Below the pieces are notes generated by a model. The model was not told the origin of the DNA and made no database searches. It was given only the letters and a program-made list of their open reading frames with translations. From contig CBFHYB010000002.1 in NCBI GenBank assembly GCA_965659915.1, forward strand, positions 1-40,097: a stretch of 40,097 nt of DNA, in the 5' to 3' direction. This DNA comes from Candidatus Thalassarchaeaceae archaeon (GTDB lineage Archaea > Thermoplasmatota > Poseidoniia > Poseidoniales > Thalassarchaeaceae). The position numbers were made by a program, and so were the translations under genes. Positions 35,340 to 40,097 of the stretch are shown here, one piece after another. Position 1 is the stretch's first letter. Each line of letters opens with the position of its first letter.

Positions 35340-38300
35340 CTAATTGTTTTTACTGTCTTTTACCTTTTGTAAAATTGTTGCATCAGCAATTGCCATCTCT
35401 TCTTCACTTGATGGCGGACTCCCAACCGGTCCATGACTTGAGGGAATTGAAAGTTCATCCAATCCCAATTCTTCAGCATCAATCTCTTCTTCATCAAGCA
35501 ATAATTCAGAGTCTAATGGAGTAGACATCTGATCAATCCAAGGGTCATTGTTTAAGCGTCTCCTCTTGCTAATTAACATGAAAGCAACTAATATCCCGAT
35601 AAATAGTACAATGTTAGCGAAAGAACCAGGAGTAGATGCCTTGGTAGATAATGCAGATTCTTGTGAAACAAATATATCATCTACAGAATAAGTTTGGCGG
35701 TTTCCTGCTGCATCCTCAACAATTAATTCAGCAGTCCATGTACCGGGTCTACCTTCATCACCTAAGTCAACAATTACAAAGTTTGATTCGGAAGAACCAC
35801 CCATTTGCGAAGTGATAAATTGTCTATCTTTTTCTACTGATATTGACCAGAAAGAGATATCTGGATCGAGGAAATCCGCTCTCAATTCAAGATGGCAAGA
35901 GGGGATTGGGTCTGGATTAAATACTGTTGAAACTGGCTTTATTTCGCAACCGGGATCTAACCATTGTAAACTCGCTCTAGGAGCGTTTCTATCTATCAAA
36001 ATAGTATGGGATACCACTGCTAAATTATCTGCAATATCCCAACTTTGAACTGTGATTGTTTCTAATCCTTCATCATCTAAGAACTCAACAATTGCAAAAT
36101 AATTGCCTTCTAAATCACACTCTGTTGAATACTTTGAGCCTGATGTCAATTGAATTTCAACTATCAATTCCACTTCACATTCACCGGTGACGTTCCACTG
36201 CCACAAGGGGGTTGCAAATCCATTCACAGGTGAAGAAATTGTTAGATGTGGGGGGCGGCTGTCGAGTAAGACTGACAACTCAAAGACATACATTCTCTCA
36301 AGAGCTTCTACTTCAAATCTCAACGAATTATTTCCTTCACTTAGATGAATATCAATTATTAGTTCACCACTAGAAAGTTCAGAGCCATTTTGAATGACCC
36401 AAGAAGAACCATCCCAAACTTGCAAAGACCAACCTTGTTCGGGACCTATATGTAAATCAGCAAATTGTTTGGATGTATTTACTATCCCGCCATCCCATTC
36501 TGCTACTAACGTTGGCTCATAAGCCTCTGGCGTTAGGTACACTTCAATACAATCAGTGACTACATTTGCTGATGGCCCAATAGTCAAGTCAGAAGCAAGC
36601 AAACATAGTTGATGCCAACCAGTTTCATCTAATGTTACTTCAGTTTGCATAGTTAAATCACCTGTTGAAAATTCTCTGACGACTACACCATCAACAGCAA
36701 GGGATTGATCTGATATTTCAGAAATATTCCAATTAATAGACAATTTATGATTCCAAATTGTAGAATTATTAATCGGGGAAACCCATTCTATTTCTGGTGC
36801 CTTTCGGTCTAATAATAAAGTAAAATTCTCCCAACCCCAATTTCCTGACCAATCTAATGTTTCAACAAAAATTTGCCATCTACCATCAGTTAATTCAGAA
36901 TGATTCACTTGTAGAGAAAATGGTATGTAAATGTTTGAAGGGGGTGGAGGCGCACCTTCACGCAGGTGTGAAGAATCATTCAAACCCCATGGTGGAGAAT
37001 ATTTTGAGAGGCAAGTAGATGTCTGTTCAACTCCGTCTTCATCAATGAAGTAAGCACAAACTTGCTTAGTGTCAAAGTAGGCATCAACATTTACTCGTAA
37101 TGGTGTCTGTTTAACATTGAGACGATCAGGAGGTATCAGTCCTTCAACTAACCAAAATTCACCATCAGAAATACCTCCGTAACTAGTTAAGACAATTTGT
37201 GGTTCGGGTCCATTGTTATGCGCCCCCCACCCATCATATGCTACCTCAAACTCTCGACTATTCCAATTCCCCGCTAAGTCCCTAGCAGTTATTCTGAAGT
37301 TGTTTAAATTAACCCATTCCCATGTTGCTGCATTGTTTGGGTCTCCAGCTCCTGTAACCCAATAAGTAGGGTGGAGAAGTAACTGAATCTCAGCGAATCC
37401 AGTTTCATTGATTTCAATCAAAGAACCATTCAACCACAATTCCGCCCCTACATCAGTTTGTACAATAATTGGCATCTGGGAATTATTGGATAAGAAATTC
37501 CATCCAGAAATAATAATTGGTGGCGCTAAATCATCAAATTCAACCATCAAATTCGAAGTATTTTCTCTACCAGCTACATCAATTACTTCTGCTGAAAAAT
37601 TCCTCCACCCATTATCCTCGGGAAGTGAGAGGTTTAACCAAGCGGAACGCAAGGTTAGGTCAACGTAAGGGGACTTTGAGGTTTCAATACCTGTTGGAAC
37701 AAAACTCCAGGAATCTGTAATCAATAGTTGATCTATCGCCACCCCGTCCTCAGATGCCCAGATATTGATAGTATGCCTACCAGGGTTTGTCACTTCAAAC
37801 TGTACCGGACTAGATTGACTCTGATCCAATGCCATATTTGTCCATTCCCAACCACCATATGTATTCGTGTACATGCCTGCTGGGGTACTTGTGATTGCTG
37901 TCTCGTCAACTCCAATATGAACCGCATGACCATACACATCTGCTGCATTCATTCTCAGCCAAACATAGTAAGTACCATTTGTCGGGAAATCTATAGAGTA
38001 ATCCAATCGGGGGCCGGAATCAGTATTTGTTGCAGTCCAACCATTATCGCTACCAGTGGTTAAGTATCTGTTTTGACTAGAATTTTGAGAGGTGCTTACA
38101 ACCCAAGATGGTGCTGAGGGATCTGTACCATCTGCTGTCGAAGTATGCTCATCTACCTCCAAAGTTACAAAGCCCCCTGATTCGTGGTAATGTGAACCAA
38201 GAGATTCATTATTTGCAGTATTCCAATGGACCCAAGAATCTGCATAATCAGTAGATACACCGCCTCTTTCAGAAATTGCCTCAAGAGTAAATGACGCATT

Positions 38301-40097
38301 CATCCAATCAACTTGTGGTTGTGTATCAAGAGTTAAGGAAGATAGATTGAAGCCGCTGCCAAAATCATGTGCTTCAAGAGTAAGAGGAATTGATTGATTC
38401 GTTCTCGTCAAATTAACAGGAGTTAAGAAATCTAATATCGGAACCAATTCCTCTAATTGGTAATCATAACTTAAGCGAATAGAACCCCCTGAATCTAGAT
38501 TTACGACAAGAAAACCTTGCCAATTACCTGCCATTTCAGGCATTTCATAACTGATATTAACATCAAAAGCACTTACTGGAACCATGCCACCAAGAGCACT
38601 GCTACCATTTGAAAACCTAGAATTAATTTGTGAAGTATTGAGAGTTGAAATATTTCCAATAGATAGAGAATCTCCTGCAATTACTGTTTCCTTTAACCAA
38701 AAAGAAGCCGTGCCATTTGGTACATCAAATCCATGCACGACTGCCCACCAAGTTCCTGTAGTGGGGGATTCAATGAGAATCTCTTCATCAGAATTCCAAT
38801 TCCCACTAGTTTGTATTTGCTCACTGCCATAATCAATAATTCCGTTGTTGTTTTTATCTCGATAAAGAGCCAAATCCAAATCGGTTCTTGGAGACAATGA
38901 ATCAATTTCAACCTTCAATAATTCAGCATTTTGGACATCTATTTGATGTGAATATCCAGATGATGACCAACTTCCTGCTGTATCTTGTGTAGCGGTTTCA
39001 GATGGAAGTAATACAGGGCGAGTCCAACCAAATCCTTCAATGGATGAAACATTTAGAGGCAAAGTTGCTCCAATTGTAATGACTTCTTCTCCATTTGCAT
39101 CAGCCCAATCACTGACTACCTTGGATAGTGAACCATTGATTGCATTCACCAGCCCTACGCTAATATTCAGCGGGTTATCATTGGTGTTTACACCATGACG
39201 AATTGAATGAAGCATCATTTGTTTCATACCAGGTGTAGCATCAGCTACCAAAATTTCATGGCTACCTCCTGTTGAAGTTCCCCACTGATATTTACCTGAG
39301 CCAATATCCTTGTTTTCAGATGAAACCTCAGGAACTAAGTTGTATTGACCATAAGCAACCGGATCTTCCAACGAATATGGATGGCCATTTTCAGACATCC
39401 AAATTACATCAACATCTGTGTAAATATTATCTGGCCAATCAACATCTATCACTATTGCACCATTCCCTGAGAGATTGTAAGGCCAATCAAAAGTAAGGAA
39501 TTTCCAATCTCCTGATTCTGAGCGCCAACCCCATCTCTGAGCACCTTGTAACCAAGTTTCACTGTACAACGTTTGATTAGTCACATTACCATCAATTGGT
39601 TTTGGAACTAGGTTGATTGGCCCATTTGATGCAACATTAACAATTACAGGTAAAGCCCAATCATAAGATGAATTATTTGATTCAAACTGGAACCTAACTT
39701 GCTCTTGTCGTAACTGGGGTATGGCATCGGGTGGGACTTCAACACGACAATTGACGAAAAGGGTGCCATTTGCAGGGATTGTGGAATTCCCAGCACAAGG
39801 TGAAAGCCATGATGCATTCTCAGATGGGGTAAAAGCAGTCCAATCAATTTCTATCTCCAACGGATCCATGACATTCGTTCTCATATTTCTTCTATAGACT
39901 CCTAGAAGGATGCCATCTCCGTCGCGCTGAGTTGGAAAACCAAGACGCACCTCGGCTTGTCCACTTGCGTATGAATGATAGGTGACCATTGAGTATTCAC
40001 TGTTAGCCTCCATCTCTCCAGAATCAACTAAAGAATTGTTGTTTGAATCATTCCACCATTTCCCATCACCATCATCATCATGCCAACGCATCAACTC
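35340..40097 (-). CDS. Giant surface protein, C-terminal 1585+ aa (N-terminus beyond the window): PPC-like domain, CBM-like beta-sandwich, repeated Ig-like modules, PG-S-F/TM/basic motif and acidic tail
   Basis: The frame is open to the window edge; the codon at 40097..40095 is in frame. SLSPRTDLDLALYRDKNNNG...GTWWAVVHGF resembles a pre-peptidase C-terminal (PPC) domain. GTYYVWLRMNA...GGWEWTN...PGRHTINIWASEDGVAIDQLLIT resembles a carbohydrate-binding-like sandwich. Recurring '..D.AGN......v..D..AP.i...SP.N' module ends are seen. The C-terminal region reads STPGSFANIVLFIGILVAFMLISKRRR plus a 71-aa tail. Confidence 0.85.
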   Translation of the reverse strand, partial: ELMRWHDDDGDGKWWNDSNNNSLVDSGEMEANSEYSMVTYHSYASGQAEVRLGFPTQRDGDGILLGVYRRNMRTNVMDPLEIEIDWTAFTPSENASWLSPCAGNSTIPANGTLFVNCRVEVPPDAIPQLRQEQVRFQFESNNSSYDWALPVIVNVASNGPINLVPKPIDGNVTNQTLYSETWLQGAQRWGWRSESGDWKFLTFDWPYNLSGNGAIVIDVDWPDNIYTDVDVIWMSENGHPYSLEDPVAYGQYNLVPEVSSENKDIGSGKYQWGTSTGGSHEILVADATPGMKQMMLHSIRHGVNTNDNPLNISVGLVNAINGSLSKVVSDWADANGEEVITIGATLPLNVSSIEGFGWTRPVLLPSETATQDTAGSWSSSGYSHQIDVQNAELLKVEIDSLSPRTDLDLALYRDKNNNGIIDYGSEQIQTSGNWNSDEEILIESPTTGTWWAVVHGFDVPNGTASFWLKETVIAGDSLSIGNISTLNTSQINSRFSNGSSALGGMVPVSAFDVNISYEMPEMAGNWQGFLVVNLDSGGSIRLSYDYQLEELVPILDFLTPVNLTRTNQSIPLTLEAHDFGSGFNLSSLTLDTQPQVDWMNASFTLEAISERGGVSTDYADSWVHWNTANNESLGSHYHESGGFVTLEVDEHTSTADGTDPSAPSWVVSTSQNSSQNRYLTTGSDNGWTATNTDSGPRLDYSIDFPTNGTYYVWLRMNAADVYGHAVHIGVDETAITSTPAGMYTNTYGGWEWTNMALDQSQSSPVQFEVTNPGRHTINIWASEDGVAIDQLLITDSWSFVPTGIETSKSPYVDLTLRSAWLNLSLPEDNGWRNFSAEVIDVAGRENTSNLMVEFDDLAPPIIISGWNFLSNNSQMPIIVQTDVGAELWLNGSLIEINETGFAEIQLLLHPTYWVTGAGDPNNAATWEWVNLNNFRITARDLAGNWNSREFEVAYDGWGAHNNGPEPQIVLTSYGGISDGEFWLVEGLIPPDRLNVKQTPLRVNVDAYFDTKQVCAYFIDEDGVEQTSTCLSKYSPPWGLNDSSHLREGAPPPPSNIYIPFSLQVNHSELTDGRWQIFVETLDWSGNWGWENFTLLLDRKAPEIEWVSPINNSTIWNHKLSINWNISEISDQSLAVDGVVVREFSTGDLTMQTEVTLDETGWHQLCLLASDLTIGPSANVVTDCIEVYLTPEAYEPTLVAEWDGGIVNTSKQFADLHIGPEQGWSLQVWDGSSWVIQNGSELSSGELIIDIHLSEGNNSLRFEVEALERMYVFELSVLLDSRPPHLTISSPVNGFATPLWQWNVTGECEVELIVEIQLTSGSKYSTECDLEGNYFAIVEFLDDEGLETITVQSWDIADNLAVVSHTILIDRNAPRASLQWLDPGCEIKPVSTVFNPDPIPSCHLELRADFLDPDISFWSISVEKDRQFITSQMGGSSESNFVIVDLGDEGRPGTWTAELIVEDAAGNRQTYSVDDIFVSQESALSTKASTPGSFANIVLFIGILVAFMLISKRRRLNNDPWIDQMSTPLDSELLLDEEEIDAEELGLDELSIPSSHGPVGSPPSSEEEMAIADATILQKVKDSKNN

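Noticed and set aside
1-40097. A search by eye for CRISPR repeats, tRNA/rRNA genes, integrases or transposases, terminal inverted repeats, toxin-antitoxin pairs and defence-system hallmarks.
   Set aside because: None were recognised. Intergenic spacers are nearly all under 110 nt, and every long ORF has either a housekeeping or a cell-envelope assignment. A by-eye scan cannot exclude small ncRNAs.

Overview
The window reads as a densely packed, AT-leaning archaeal chromosome segment. About 29 protein genes are nearly end to end. I could not recognise any rRNA, tRNA, CRISPR array, transposase or integrase. Most genes are archaeal housekeeping: an exosome/proteasome superoperon remnant (rrp4, SBDS, psmA), Dph6-like diphthamide synthase, purB, TiaS, GlyRS, RFC large subunit, SRP54, TrmY, aIF5A, SurE and TrkAH. 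These markers, plus an OPT-type peptide transporter, a 3-hydroxybutyryl-CoA dehydrogenase and giant adhesin-like surface proteins, fit a streamlined marine planktonic euryarchaeote of the Marine Group II/III kind. That taxonomic placement is inference only. The non-routine content falls in three groups. (1) Cell-envelope genes: an archaeosortase-family gene beside gmhA/gmhB-like heptose genes, and two tandem giant type-I membrane proteins filling the last ~8.7 kb. One of these carries a PGF-CTERM-like motif followed by an extra cytoplasmic tail. (2) A 1764-aa Lhr-type helicase whose C-terminal half looks like tandem winged-helix/AlkZ-YcaQ-like modules. (3) Small uncharacterised units: a RecA/KaiC-fold protein without the P-loop lysine, flanked by two single-TM miniproteins, and a zinc-ribbon/TM/transglutaminase-like protein next to a polytopic membrane protein. 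I see no convincing self-contained novel system such as a defence island or mobile element. The items above are the best candidates and all need profile or structure searches I cannot run. All family calls come from by-eye motif recognition on the supplied translations. Several start codons were moved inward from the longest ORF where a conserved N-terminus, an ATG or a Shine-Dalgarno-like motif supported it.
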